From NCBI GenBank assembly GCA_951406725.2, contig OX597819.1, positions 9,610,001 through 9,674,000 on the forward strand: 64,000 bases of DNA, in the 5' to 3' direction. This document shows, one piece after another, positions 14,086 to 27,499 of this stretch; the first letter of the stretch is position 1; the number at the start of each line of letters is the position of its first letter. The translations under genes were made by a program, and so were the position numbers. The notes under the pieces were generated by a model. That model was not told the DNA's origin. It saw nothing but the letters and a program-made list of their open reading frames with translations, and searched no databases. Source of the stretch: Octopus vulgaris. Lineage: Eukaryota.

Positions 14086-14156
14086 TTATATATATGGTAA
14101 TGAGCTTGCTTCTCAACCACATGGTTCGGAGTTCAGTCCCACTGCGTGATACCTTG

Positions 14157-14218
<62 letters not shown>

Positions 14219-14319
14219 CATACATATGACTAATAATATCAGGGTAATAAAAATTTTTTACTATCAGTGGCCTAGCGTGTAAGAAAAATTGTCAATAGAC
14301 TATATATATATATAAATAC

Positions 14320-14461
14320 AATGTACATTTAAACATCTAAGAGGTATCCGTCATAGGATTCCTAGCACACTAGAAAGAACAGCTAAAATCCAGGATTTTA
14401 GCTGTTCCTTCTAGCGTGCAAGGAATCCTATGACGGATACCTCTTAGATGTTTAAATGTAC

Positions 14462-14464
<3 letters not shown>
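14320..14464. repeat. Fold-back palindrome in (TA)n
   Basis: 72-bp arms with 3 mismatches, 1-nt centre at 14392. Confidence 0.9.
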
Positions 14465-14529
<65 letters not shown>

Positions 14530-14534
<5 letters not shown>

Positions 14535-14720
14535 AAAATGAGGGTGAAAAATTGAATATTAATTTGATTAATATCAATTTAAAGCCAGTGGTCTAGCATA
14601 TTAAAATCAGAAGGTTCAGAAAATTATATTACATATATATATAAGGGGGATGACCACAACGTGGACAACCCTTATGCTAGAAGTAGGTCTGCTATGGTCT
14701 TACCACTAAGAAATATTCTC
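14530..14720. mobile_element. Short (TA)n-embedded element
   Basis: Homologous to 808-965 and loosely to 14225-14300 (cagtggtctagcat vs cagtggcctagcgt). Confidence 0.5.
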
Positions 14721-14737
14721 AAGAAAATTCAGCAAAC

Positions 14738-14801
<64 letters not shown>

Positions 14802-14802
14802 T

Positions 14803-15213
14803 ATTTCTTTATTGCGCACAAGGGGCTAAACATAGAGGGGACAAACAAGGATAGACAAAGGGATTAAGTCCATTATATCGACCCAGTGCGAAACTGGTAC
14901 TTTTTTCATCGACCCCGAGAGGATGAAAGGCAAAGTCGACCCCGGCGGAATTTGAACTCAGAACGTAACGACAGACGAAATACCTATTTCTTTATTACCA
15001 ACAAGGGGCTAAACACAGAGGGGACAAACAAGGACAGACATAGGTATTAAGTCGATTACATCGACCCCAGTGCGTAACTGGTACTTAATTTATCGACCCC
15101 GAAAGGATGAAAGGCAAAGTCGACGCCGGCGGAATTTGAACTCAGAACGTAACGACAGACGAAATACCGCTAAGCATTTCGTTCGGCGCGCTAACGTCTC
15201 TGCCAGCTCACCG
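14803..15213 (-). mobile_element. Tandem dimer of SINE family C
   Basis: Two same-orientation units joined at about 14983. Confidence 0.85.
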
Positions 15214-15218
15214 ACTTA

Positions 15219-15810
<592 letters not shown>

Positions 15811-15829
15811 ATACAGCTAGATAGATAGA

Positions 15830-16130
15830 TAAGTTTCTTTATTGGCCACACAGGGCTGCACACAGATGGGACAAGTTACAAGGTAGAGCTTTTCTTTTGG
15901 GGGATGAAAAAAAAAAGAAAAAAAGGTGGCGTAGGTTTTCGATCAAAAGGGATCGTAAAAGGGAAAAAAGAACAAAAAAAAGGGAAAAGAAAAAAGAAAA
16001 AAGGGAAAAGAACAAAAGAAAAGAAAAATGAAAAAAGAGGGAAAAAAAGGGGAAGAGTAAAAAAAACGATCAATAGGGATCGTTTTTTTTTCCTCTTCCC
16101 CTTTTTTTCCTCTTTTTTCTTCTTTATAGA
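15830..16130 (-). mobile_element. (GATA)n-embedded retroelement 3' end
   Basis: Sister at 39655-39830. Minus strand ends gtgtgcagccctgtgtggccaataaagaaac then (TATC)n. Confidence 0.65.
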
Positions 16131-16135
16131 TAGAT

Positions 16136-16204
<69 letters not shown>

Positions 16205-16859
16205 CGACAGTGAGAAGTGGTATATATATATTAGCAGAGGAATGGTTCTGTGCATAAAGCCAAGTAGGTGGGGTTGGGGTGATTGTATCTATTAAATACG
16301 AGTCAAAGCGGTTGTCGATGGGTGTCAGTCGCTCGATTGTACCTATTGCATCTAACTATTGCTATTGCCTTTCTAAGAAATTGGTAACTCTCCCACATAT
16401 ATATAAATTATACACACGCACGTATACACACAGATATATAAACGTGGGTGGGTGTGTGCATTTGAAAATAGATATTTACATACATGACCTAGTTTATAAT
16501 TAATTTACGTGTCATCTTGTGTTATTGTAGGAGGTGGAGGTTTTCCCCGACTCTTTGGGTAATGAGTAATTAATGTGTGACGGTTGGGATCTTCTGCCTC
16601 CTACTGTTTACTGACGTACCAAGTGACATAATGACATCAGAAATGTCCACTCCTTACTGAGGAAAGCGACAAAGGGGAAAAGACAGAACAGAATGAGGAG
16701 AGAGGAAGGAGATGGAGTAAAAAGAGGTGCGGGGGAAGGTAAAGAGACAGAGAGAAGCGGAGTTGGAAGTTAGAATGAGAGAAAGTAAGGGGGGGTGATG
16801 TTTTGCCCAAGTTCGGTCATGATCAAGCAGATGGGTCTGTAATCAGCGTTCCATCTATG

Positions 16860-17085
16860 TTTCTTTTTATTACCCACAAGGGGCTAAACATAGAGGGGAC
16901 AAACAAAGACAGACAAACGAATTAAGTCAATTACATCGACCCCAGTGCGTAGCTGGTACTTTATTTATCGACCCCGAAAGGATGAAAGGCAAAGTCGACC
17001 TCAGCGGAATTTGAACTCAGAACGTAACGGCAGACGAAATACCGCTAAGCATTTCGCCCGGCGTGCTAACGTTTCTGCCAGCTTG
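16860..17085 (-). mobile_element. SINE family C
   Basis: Similar to 3741-3972. A decayed plus-strand copy follows at 17155-17340. Confidence 0.85.
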
Positions 17086-17945
17086 CATCTATGACCATCC
17101 TGTTTCATTCTCAGAATGAAGTGCTTAATAGGTACATGCCCAACGCCCAACAAAATCGTTAGTGGCATTTCTTTCGGCTCTCAATGACCTGAGTTCAAAT
17201 TGTACGAGGGTCAACTTTGCCTTACGTCCGTCCTTTCGGGTTCGATAAAATAAAGTACCAGTTAAAGTACTGGGGTCGATGTAACCAGCAAAGTTCCTCC
17301 CCCTAAAACTGCTGACCTTGTACCAAAAGTTGAAGCAATTAGGGGCGATGGTACGTGTGTATGTGTTTGCGTGTGTCTATGTATGTGTCTATGTATGTGT
17401 GTATTTATGTGTGTATTTATGTGTGTGTATGTATGTATGTGTATGTGTGTGTGTATGTATGTGTGTATTTATGTGTGTGTATGTATGTATGTGTGTGTGT
17501 GTGTGTTTACGGTTTCTGTTAAAAATTGATGAAATAACTACCAGCCCTTACAAACAAGTACTGGGTTTCGATTTGACCCTCAAACCATTCCACAACGGTG
17601 TTTCAGTAGGACAGCATGCCAAACGAATAATTTGTAAATCACCACAGCTACTACTAGGAGGCCCAAAATGTCTCGCTCGGGTTTTACTTAAATTTATTTT
17701 CTCTCTGACGAAGAGCCAATCCTGAAAAATTACATTCTTCTTCTGCCCGCTACTTTCACTGTTATCCCAGCTCACAAACTTCACTATGTTGTTCTTTTTC
17801 TTTTTTCTCTTTTTCAAGATGGTATGGTGTGGTTTGGGTAGGATTTTGCTGCTATTTTTAGCAGTCGTCGTGCTGCATAGAGGTTTTGTCGTTCGCTCTG
17901 AAAGTAAGATGTAAAGTCTCGGGAGAGTTGTTATTAGAGATCAAG

Positions 17946-18025
<80 letters not shown>

Positions 18026-18179
18026 GAAAGGTTACAAGACAGGACAGAGAAGAGGAGGTAAAAGAATGGTGAATGAATGGAAGATAGGTTGAGTGGGAGG
18101 AAATATTTGTGAAGAGATAATGGAGGGAGTGGAGAGGTAGAGAGGGAATACATATACATGCATGCATACATACATTCAT

Positions 18180-18217
<38 letters not shown>

Positions 18218-18272
18218 ATACATTCATACATACACACACACACACACACACGCACATACACACACATACATT

Positions 18273-18326
<54 letters not shown>

Positions 18327-18413
18327 TATATCATTGAAAGCCAAGAGGAGAATGGAGATTTACTCATATCCAAAACTTTTTTTATCATTAAAAAGTTTTC
18401 TACACCATATATG

Positions 18414-18462
<49 letters not shown>

Positions 18463-18464
<2 letters not shown>

Positions 18465-18523
18465 TGATTGATTGATTCTAGTTTCAGCTCACGAGCTGTG
18501 GCCATGCTGGGGCATCGCCATTT
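18463..18523 (-). mobile_element. LINE/SINE-type 3' tail directly downstream of the 5S copy
   Basis: tggcgatgccccagcatggccacagctcgtgagctgaaactag(aatc)n. The same tail stands alone at 27775-27822. Confidence 0.7.
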
Positions 18524-18535
18524 AAAAGAAATAGA

Positions 18536-18651
18536 ATGCTTACAGCACCTAGGTTTCCCAAGCGGTCACCCATCTAAGTACTAACTAGGCTCGATGTTGC
18601 TTAACTTCGGTGATCAGACGAGAACCGGTGCTTTCAACGTGATATGGCCGT
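18536..18651 (-). rRNA. 5S rRNA-derived copy (near full length, about 4 nt missing at the 5' end); probably retroposed
   Basis: Minus strand: acggccatatcacgttgaaagcaccggttctcgtctgatcaccgaagttaagcaacatcgagcctagttagtacttagatgggtgaccgcttgggaaacctaggtgctgtaagc. The A box (agttaagc) and C box (agatgggtga) are recognisable. Confidence 0.85.
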
Positions 18652-18876
18652 GGAGGCGCAATGGCCTAGTGGTTAGGGCAGCGGACTCGCGGTCGCAGGA
18701 TCGCGGTTTCGATTCCCAGACCGGGCGTTGTGTGTGTTTATTGAGCAAAAACACCTATAAGTTCCACGAGGCTCCGGCAGGGAGTGGTGATCCCTGCTGT
18801 ACTCTTTCACCACTCTTTCTCCCACTCTTTCTTCTGTTGGCCTGCTCGCTTAGCCAAGCGGGGTGGCGTCATTCGA
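18652..18876 (+). mobile_element. SINE family B (alternative 3' module), truncated by a family A copy
   Basis: Head nearly identical to 4255. Diverges after about 170 nt. Confidence 0.85.
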
Positions 18877-19283
18877 AGTGGCTGTGTGGTAAGTAGCTTG
18901 CTAAGCAGCCACATGGTTCCGGGTTCAGTCCCACTGCGTGGCATCTTGGGCAAGTGTCTTCTACTATAGCCCCGGGCCGACCAATGCCTTGTGAGTGGAT
19001 TTGGTAGACGGAAACTGAAAGAAGCCTGTCGTATATATGTATATATATGTATGTGTGTGTGTGTTTGTGTGTCTGTGTTTGTCCCCCTAGCATTGCTTGA
19101 CAACCGATGCTGGTGTGTTTACGTCCCCATTACTTAGCGGTTCGGCAAAAGAGACCGATAGAATAAGTACTGGGCTTACAAAAAGAATAAGTCCCGGGGT
19201 CGAGTTGCTCGATTAAAGGCGGTGCTCCAGCATGGCCGCAGTCAAATGACTGAAACAAGTAAAAGAGTAAAAGAGTAAAGAGT
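18877..19283 (+). mobile_element. SINE family A
   Basis: Near-complete copy followed by (GATA)n at 19285-19482. Confidence 0.9.
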
Positions 19284-19482
<199 letters not shown>

Positions 19483-20739
19483 CACACACGCGTGCACACA
19501 CAGTGGATCTCAAAGCAGATAAAGCTATTATTATTGCTCGTGAATATTGGATTTAAAAATCCTTTTGGATGGAAAAAGTCGAATATATATGTACATATTC
19601 AAATGTCACAGTTTCTCAGCTAGAAAGGAAGTGAGCATTCAGTGAATGGTGAAGAGTATGATCTTTATTTAAACAGAATTCTTGTTCTTGCGGCTCGAGT
19701 TTCATGCTTTGTGATGCTCAGGCGAGATCTCTCGACTTTCGGTATCTTGGATGGTTGTATACACCATTGAACTGGATGTTATTTTGTCTAAATCTATTAT
19801 TTTCATATGTTGGTTTCTAAATTTACATATTAGGACATAGTCTGCAGTTGTCATCGTTCCATCTCCTGATTTGTTGGTTATTCTATTTTTCACTGATCTG
19901 CTTCGTAGTTGTTGATCTGTATAAGCTGTTATTTTGAGTCTAAAGTCATTAAAGATTTCTTTCTAGTTTTTCTAGGTTTTCTCTTTCCCTTTTACCATGT
20001 GTTTATTTAGCGATTGATTAATCTGTATACTGTATTTCAGATTTCAACGTTTCCCGTTGTCCTATTCAGAAAGCATTCTATTTGTTTATCTATTGCTTAA
20101 TCACATTCTGTTATTCATTAGATATATTTCAATGGCTGTTGGTCATTCATTCATCTTCTTTTGCTTTTTTTTCCTAAAAACAGTCTAAAATCACTTTGTA
20201 CTTAGTATACAGGAGGACGAGGGGGTGTTATTTTATCCAATGTCTCTAAAGCCTTCATTCTTTTCCATGGAATAGTTTGCTTTGTTGTTCCGTTGGAGCA
20301 TTGTTGGGCCTCCACTACTATTTCCGGAAATGTTGCGTCATTGGGTATCTAACCAGATTTTAAATGTGAGCTTATTCTAGTCCCGGCAGCAATGATGTCA
20401 TTTCATCTGTCCTGTTCTGCAAACGTAACTGTTGCGTAAATTTGCTGCGTACATGAGACATGACAGAATCATTTATGTAAATACAAGTATAACAGAGCAA
20501 TAACAAAGCCTGCTCAGGTCATATGTGTGTGTGTGTGTAGTGTGTGCGTGTAGTGTGTAATGTGTGTGTGTGTGTGTTTGTGTATGTGTGTATGTATGTA
20601 TGTATATGTATATACACACACACATATATGTATATATATAGATATACATACTTACACACACACACACACACATATATATAATATACGACTGGGTGAACAA
20701 ACGAAACAAAGTAGCACTTAGTATATTTAGTAGCAGTAA

Positions 20740-20938
20740 GGCGGCGAGCTGGCAACACGCAAGAGAAAATGCTTAGCGGCATTTCGTCCATCTTTACGTT
20801 CTGAGCTCAAATTTCACGGAGATCGTCTCTGCTTTTCATCCTTTCGGGGTCGATAAGATAAGTATCAGCTGAGCACTGGGGTCAATGATTTAACCCCTCC
20901 ACCGAAATTGCTGGCCTTGTGTCAAAGTTTGAAACCAA
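20740..20938 (+). mobile_element. SINE family C, older variant
   Basis: Head ggcggcgagctggca. Confidence 0.75.
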
Positions 20939-20967
20939 TATATTTAGTAGGAGTTACATATAGTTAC

Positions 20968-21383
20968 AGGTGCAGGAGTGGTTGTGTGGTAAGTAGCTTG
21001 CTTACCAACCACATGGTTCCGGGTTCAGTCCCACTGCGTGGCACCTTGGGCAAGTGTCTTCTACTATAGCCTTGGGCCGACCAAAGCCTTGTGAGTGGAT
21101 TTGGTAGACGGAAACTGAAAGAAGCCCATCGTATATATGTATATATATATATATATATATGTTTGTGTGTGTGTTTGTGTGTCTGTATTTGTCCCCCTAG
21201 CATTGCTTGACAACCGATGCTGGTGTGTTTATGTCCCCGTCACTTAGCGGTTCGGCAAAAGAGACCGATAGAATAAGTACTGGGCTTACAAAAGAATAAG
21301 TCCCGGGGTCGAGTTGCTCGATTAAAGGCGGTGCTCCAGCATGGCCGCAGTCAAATGACTGAAACAAGTAAAAGAGTAAAGAG
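20968..21383 (+). mobile_element. SINE family A, full length
   Basis: Similar to other copies. Confidence 0.9.
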
Positions 21384-21632
21384 TATATAATTTTAGTAGC
21401 AGTTTGACTCAGTTGCACATTACGTGGACGCATGGAGCATATCCATCTCATCCGTCTTATGCAACCACGAACTTTAAGTCATGTGGCACAGTCATTATTA
21501 TTATATATACAGGGGTTGGGAAAATAATAGAAACACTCAGCATCATAGCATCATAATTTTGAAATATCTATAAAACCGTCAAAAGCATGTTTATTTTAAT
21601 GCTTTTCTTTTATCATTAGCGTTGCTTAATAT

Positions 21633-21830
21633 TAATAAATCTCCGAACGAAATATAAACAGTAACCGCTCGACAACGTAAAGTGTACTAGCCATCTGAAT
21701 GTGGCTAGCCACTGGGGGTGGGGTGTTACTGACGCTTTTAGCCCACGTCGATCTCCTGGGGCTAAAAGCGTCAATAACACCCCACCCCCAGTGGCTAGCC
21801 ACATTCAGATGGCTAGTACACTTTACGTTG
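21633..21830. mobile_element. Palindromic MITE inserted in the Tc1 5' region
   Basis: Arms of about 70 bp between 21673 and 21830. Terminus homologous to 54795-55122. Flanked by 13-bp direct repeat cgttgcttaatat. Confidence 0.8.
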
Positions 21831-21889
21831 CTTAATATGTTTCCTTTCAGATACCATAAGAAAAGCGTAATTAAAATTCATTAAATTCT

Positions 21890-22915
21890 TTCGGACTTTC
21901 AAAGGGGTCAAATCGTTGGTGCTCGTATGGCAGGCGCTAACATAACGAAAACAGTCGAAATGTTTGGTGTATCAAGAAGTAGTGTCTTGAAAGTAATGAC
22001 AGCCTTTGAGAAAGAGGGGGGGAATCTTCGTCGAAACAAAACTCCGGAAGAAAACCAAAACTTTCAGATAGGGACCGTCGGACTTTTAGCCAAATTCTTA
22101 GAAAGGATCACAAAAGTACAGCTCCCGAAATTACTGCAGAGCTTCATGACCACCTCGAGAACCCAGTTTCCACAAAAACTGTTCTCCGGGAGCTGCACAA
22201 AGCCGGATTTCACAAGATGGCTGCAAACAGAAAACCACTACTTTCAAAAACAAACGTTGCACAGCGTTTAGAGTGGAGTAAAAACCAACAGAACTGGTCC
22301 CTAGAGCAGTGGTAGAATGTTATTTCCTCGGACGAGTTATCCTTTACCATATTTCCAACCACTGGCCGAGTATACGTGTAGAGACAGCCAAAAGAAGCAT
22401 TTGAATCTGACTGCTTTCTTTCTACTGTTAAACATGGATGAGGATCTGTGATGATCTGGGGAGCTATGCCTTGGAAATACGGTGGCCCAGTGGTTTCCCT
22501 TCATGGCAGAATTAATAGTCAAGACTATTTAAGCATTTTATCTTATCACATTCATCCTATGTTTGCGGAACTGTTTCCGGAGAGAAACGCAATCTTTCAG
22601 GATGATAATGCACCAATTCACACAGATAAATTTGTTACTGAATGGCACGAGGAACATTCTAGTGAAGTTGAACATCTTATCTGGCCACCACAGTCCCAAG
22701 ATCTCAATATTATTGAACATCTATGGTGCATTTTAGAAAAACAAATAAGGAGTCAATGTCCTCCACCATTATCACTACAAGAACTGGATACTGTTTTAGC
22801 TGAAGAATGGACAAAAATTCCTTTGGGAACACTTTGTAGGAGTCCTTTGTACGAGTTCATACCTCGTAGAATTCAAGCTGTAATTACTGCCAAAGGCGTT
22901 CCTACCCCATATTAA
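21890..22915 (+). pseudogene. Tc1-family transposase with frameshifts and stops, DD36E spacing
   Basis: SDFQRGQIVGARMAG..., SSDE, MIWGAM, FQDDNAPIH, WPPQSQDLNIIEHLW. I count 36 residues between the second catalytic D and E. Confidence 0.9.
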
Positions 22916-23464
22916 AATAAATTTGTTTGGAATTTTAAGGTGTTTCCATTATTTTGTCAAACCCCTGTATATAATCACATGTACGTAAATAAATGCAGCG
23001 AAAAGAAATAGGGATTAAAGAAATCCAGACAAATACCTTGGTAAGCACTCTGTTTAATAAATCCGGCTAACAGAGTTCTGACGAGAATGGTTCGTGACGT
23101 GACTGTTCTATGAATTGATTAATTACTTTATCAAATAATTCACCGATTAAACATGTAAACCACAATCCAATGGCGACAGCTCATTGGATCATTCGAAACA
23201 AATGTAAGCTTATAAAACATTTCATGAATATAATTTTTCATTCTGTATACGTAGTATTTGTTTGTGTGTTAACGTAACAACGTAAAGGTGCTCAACAACA
23301 AATGTTTTGTTGAATGTAATGTCTGTTATACTTTTGTTTTGGTAAAGTGATCTGTTTCCTTATTCCTGAAGTTTTCGTGCAGTTAACATTGATAAATCTT
23401 ACTCATACCTTTTTTTGTTGCTGTTGTAGTGTACCTGAGCACTGTATACAACAATTTCATTCAG

Positions 23465-23656
23465 AGAGCAGAATCGTTAGCGCGGCGGGCAAAATGCTTA
23501 GCGGCATTTCGTCCGTCTTTACGTTCTGGGTTCAAATACCGCCGGGGGTCGACTTTGACTTTCCTCCTTTTGGAGTCGATAAAATAAGTAACAGATGAAC
23601 ATTGGGGTCGATGTAATCAACTTAGAATTTACAGGCCTTGTGCCAAAATTTGAAGC

Positions 23657-23660
<4 letters not shown>
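23465..23660 (+). mobile_element. SINE family C, older variant
   Basis: gcagaatcgttagcgcggcgggcaaaatgcttagc...gggttcaaatacc. Confidence 0.75.
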
Positions 23661-23716
<56 letters not shown>

Positions 23717-23804
23717 GTAACCTTTCGTCCTGTTTTGTCCCTTTATGTTTTCTAATCATGTATGTCAGCCCTTGTGGCCAATAAAAAAGAATTAATTATT
23801 ATTA

Positions 23805-23855
<51 letters not shown>

Positions 23856-24080
23856 TTGTGTGCGTGCGTGTGTGTGCACACATGCGTGCGTGCGCGTGTG
23901 TGTGCACACATGCGTGCGTGCGCGTGTGTGTGTGTGTACAGAGACAGGGGGCGAGAGCATAGAGCTAGTTTGAAAAACAAGGATCGGTCCGTTAATACGA
24001 CCCTGTTTAAAAAATTGTTGTAGATATATAGTTGTAGCTACGGAGACAAAGAAAACTGCGAGGAATAGAGAAAAGGAGGG

Positions 24081-24175
24081 AGTGTGTGTGTGTGTGTGTC
24101 TGTGTGTCTGTGTGTGTGTGTGTGTGTCTGTGTGTATGTGTGTCTGTGTGTGTGTGTGTGTCTGTGTCTGTGTGT

Positions 24176-24224
<49 letters not shown>

Positions 24225-24239
24225 TGTGTCTGTGTGTGT

Positions 24240-24318
<79 letters not shown>

Positions 24319-24331
24319 TGTGTCTGTGTGT

Positions 24332-24365
<34 letters not shown>

Positions 24366-24408
24366 CTGTGTCTGTGTGTGTGTGTCTGTGTCTGTGTGTG
24401 TGTGTGTG
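24081..24408. repeat. (TG)n with TC interruptions, followed by a CCA-rich low-complexity tract to about 24780
   Basis: Direct reading. Confidence 0.9.
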
Positions 24409-25250
24409 GAGTGCGATGGGGAAATATGAAGGGGAATCGGAAAGTAGTGTGCTGAACTATATAACCACACTACCGTCTACACCTCTACCACTACCAGCAC
24501 CACTAACACGACGACCTCAACAGCACCATACTACCACCAACACCTCTTCCACCATCACCACCACCATCATCAAAGCTACCAACACCAACTATATACCTCC
24601 ACTACTACCACCGCCAATAACACACCACTGCAGCCACCGCCGCCACCACCGCCGCCCTCCACTGACACCATCGCCACCACCACCACCACCACCACCACCA
24701 GCGCCCTCCGTCACCGATGACACCACCATCACCACTATCGCCTCCACCACCACCGCCGTCGTCTACACCACATCACTGACAGTTTTATATATTCGACGTA
24801 CGGGAAATACTCGAGCGCCTGTTCCGCTGTTGTTCCTGTCGCTGATTCTCTCTGCAACGGCGACCATTGTCGTAGTCATTCACCGTTGTTGTATATATTT
24901 GTGTGTAATTGTCGTCCTGCTCTCCATTCTTCCACTACACTATGATAATCATTTTATTTATAGATACACGCACACACATCCGTATACACAAGATAAAATA
25001 AAAGTCCGGAAAGAATGTATTATTATACGTACAAATCCTACTCATCGCTTTGCGTATAATGCGTGTTCCCTTCCCAAGACCATGCGTCCGCTAAATTTTG
25101 TTGGACTTTCAACCTACTCAATTACACAAAAGAAAGATATGTTAAAAGTTTTGCTTATTCTTACAGTTACAATAGGAAAGGCTCGGATGTGCGACCGTCA
25201 TTGATCGTGGTTTGCCTGTTGTTTGACTGTGATCGATATAACATTATATA

Positions 25251-25291
<41 letters not shown>

Positions 25292-25637
25292 GAGTTGTAT
25301 ATATGATATATACGTGTTGATATAAGTCGGATAATGCCCAGACAATACTGAGAATGTCCTATCAGTGATTGGATTTACCTTAAACTGATTGATACGTACA
25401 ACGGACAGGTAAGCAATTTAAATCGCTCGTGTACACATGACTTTATTTCACACGCTTATGTACTATTTCAGAATATACAATATACAATATATACATGTAT
25501 ATACAGGTATATATATTATTCTTATCCAAGAATGTTCAAAGAGATTTCGAAGTTTCGGCCAGTTAAGGCATCGTCGGACTACATCGGATAATTGGAAAAT
25601 TATTTTTATTATATCTAAGCATAAAAAACAAACTATA

Positions 25638-25679
<42 letters not shown>

Positions 25680-25761
25680 CATAAATATACATACATACAT
25701 ATACATATACAAATACATATATATATATATATATACACACAAATATATACGTATACGTGTG

Positions 25762-25946
25762 TGTATGTTTGTTGACAACCTATGCTGGTGTGCAAGCGTC
25801 CCGGTATCTTAGCGGTTCGGCAACACAGATCGATAGAATAAGTACTAGGCTTACAAAGAATAAGTCCTGGGGTCGATTTACTCGACTAAAGGCGGTTCTC
25901 CAGCATTGCCGCAGTGAAGTGACTGAAACAAGTAAAATAGTAAAAG

Positions 25947-25947
<1 letters not shown>
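25762..25947 (+). mobile_element. SINE family A 3' half
   Basis: Similar to family A. Confidence 0.75.
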
Positions 25948-25981
<34 letters not shown>

Positions 25982-25984
25982 ATA

Positions 25985-26078
<94 letters not shown>

Positions 26079-26374
26079 TTATAAGTAATGGCCATTATTT
26101 TAACTTGTCTATTATATCTATATAACCCTTGTCTATAGACGACATCCTTAATATGTTGAGATTATTTCATGCACACATTTTATACAATATACAATATATA
26201 CACACACACACTATACGTAGATACATTATACGTATCTAATGCTCAAATTTCGCAAATACTTCACGTTTCCAATACACAGGAACATTTTATATATATAGTA
26301 TTATATATATATATATGTGTGTGTGTGTATATATACATACATATATATATATATATATATACATACATACATAC

Positions 26375-26406
<32 letters not shown>

Positions 26407-26577
26407 GTATATATATGTGTGTATATATATATATGTATATATATATAAATATATATATATATACATATGTATATATATATATGTACATATATATATGTAT
26501 ATATATATATATACATACATATATATATATGTATATATATATACACATATGTATATATATGTATGTATGTATGTATG

Positions 26578-26644
<67 letters not shown>

Positions 26645-26694
26645 GTGTGTGTGTGTGTGTATATATATACATATATATGCACGCATACATATAT

Positions 26695-26762
<68 letters not shown>

Positions 26763-26763
<1 letters not shown>

Positions 26764-26854
26764 ACAATCAGTTAGTTGTCATAATAAAACTCAGAGTTGC
26801 CGATGTTGTTAAGACAAAAACGCTGAGTTTTATTATGAAAACTAACTGATTGTC
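26763..26854. repeat. Fold-back hairpin adjoining (TA)n
   Basis: 36-bp arms with 2 mismatches and a ~20-nt loop. Confidence 0.85.
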
Positions 26855-26956
26855 TCATATTATATTTATAGATAGATCCTCTATTTACAAAATATCGAGG
26901 TCCCTTTCATTCTTTTTCTGTCATATTATTATTACACACACACACACACACATACA

Positions 26957-27041
<85 letters not shown>

Positions 27042-27126
27042 TATAGATAGATAGAGAGATAGACAGATATAGATAGATAGATAGAGGATGGATGGATGGA
27101 TGGATGGATGGATGGATGGATGGATG

Positions 27127-27200
<74 letters not shown>

Positions 27201-27358
27201 CAGATAGATGCCCACACACACAAATGTAGATACATGTAGATATATGTATAATGTAGATACATTATACATATCTAACGTTCAAATTTCGCAAATACTTCAC
27301 GTTTCCAATACACCGGAATCTTTTTTCGAAAATGTGAAACTACGACGAGGAATTCTTA

Positions 27359-27499
27359 TTAGGTTGTCCCAAAAGTTCGTAAACACTTGCGAAAATTGAA
27401 TTTTTACTCGCCAAGTACTAACAAAAACAACAAAAATTATTCCTCAAAATAAAGACCATTATTTTCCAAGACTTTCTACGAACTTTTGGGACAACCTTA
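27359..27499. mobile_element. Mariner-type MITE
   Basis: TIRs ttaggttgtcccaaaagttcgta and tacgaacttttgggacaacctta, with TA on both flanks. Confidence 0.85.

Larger units (their letters stand above)
21510..22967 (+). mobile_element. Tc1-like DNA transposon, decayed
   Basis: TA-flanked ~27-bp TIRs: caggggttgggaaaataatagaaacac and caggggtttgacaaaataatggaaacac. Internal transposase pseudogene. Confidence 0.92.

Noticed and set aside
18536-18651. Functional 5S rDNA locus
   Set aside because: Single copy, 5' end clipped, upstream replaced by a SINE, retro-type tail downstream.
19700-20450. Decayed LINE ORF2 segment (also 33030-33290 and 54400-54780)
   Set aside because: Only vague compositional or motif hints, too degenerate to call by eye.
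24086-25204. 372-aa ORF
   Set aside because: Built from (TG)n and CCA-rich low-complexity sequence. It starts inside a microsatellite and has no domain motif.
25320-25415. Exon ending at CAG|GTAAGC (25408)
   Set aside because: The donor is good, but I see no convincing acceptor or informative frame.
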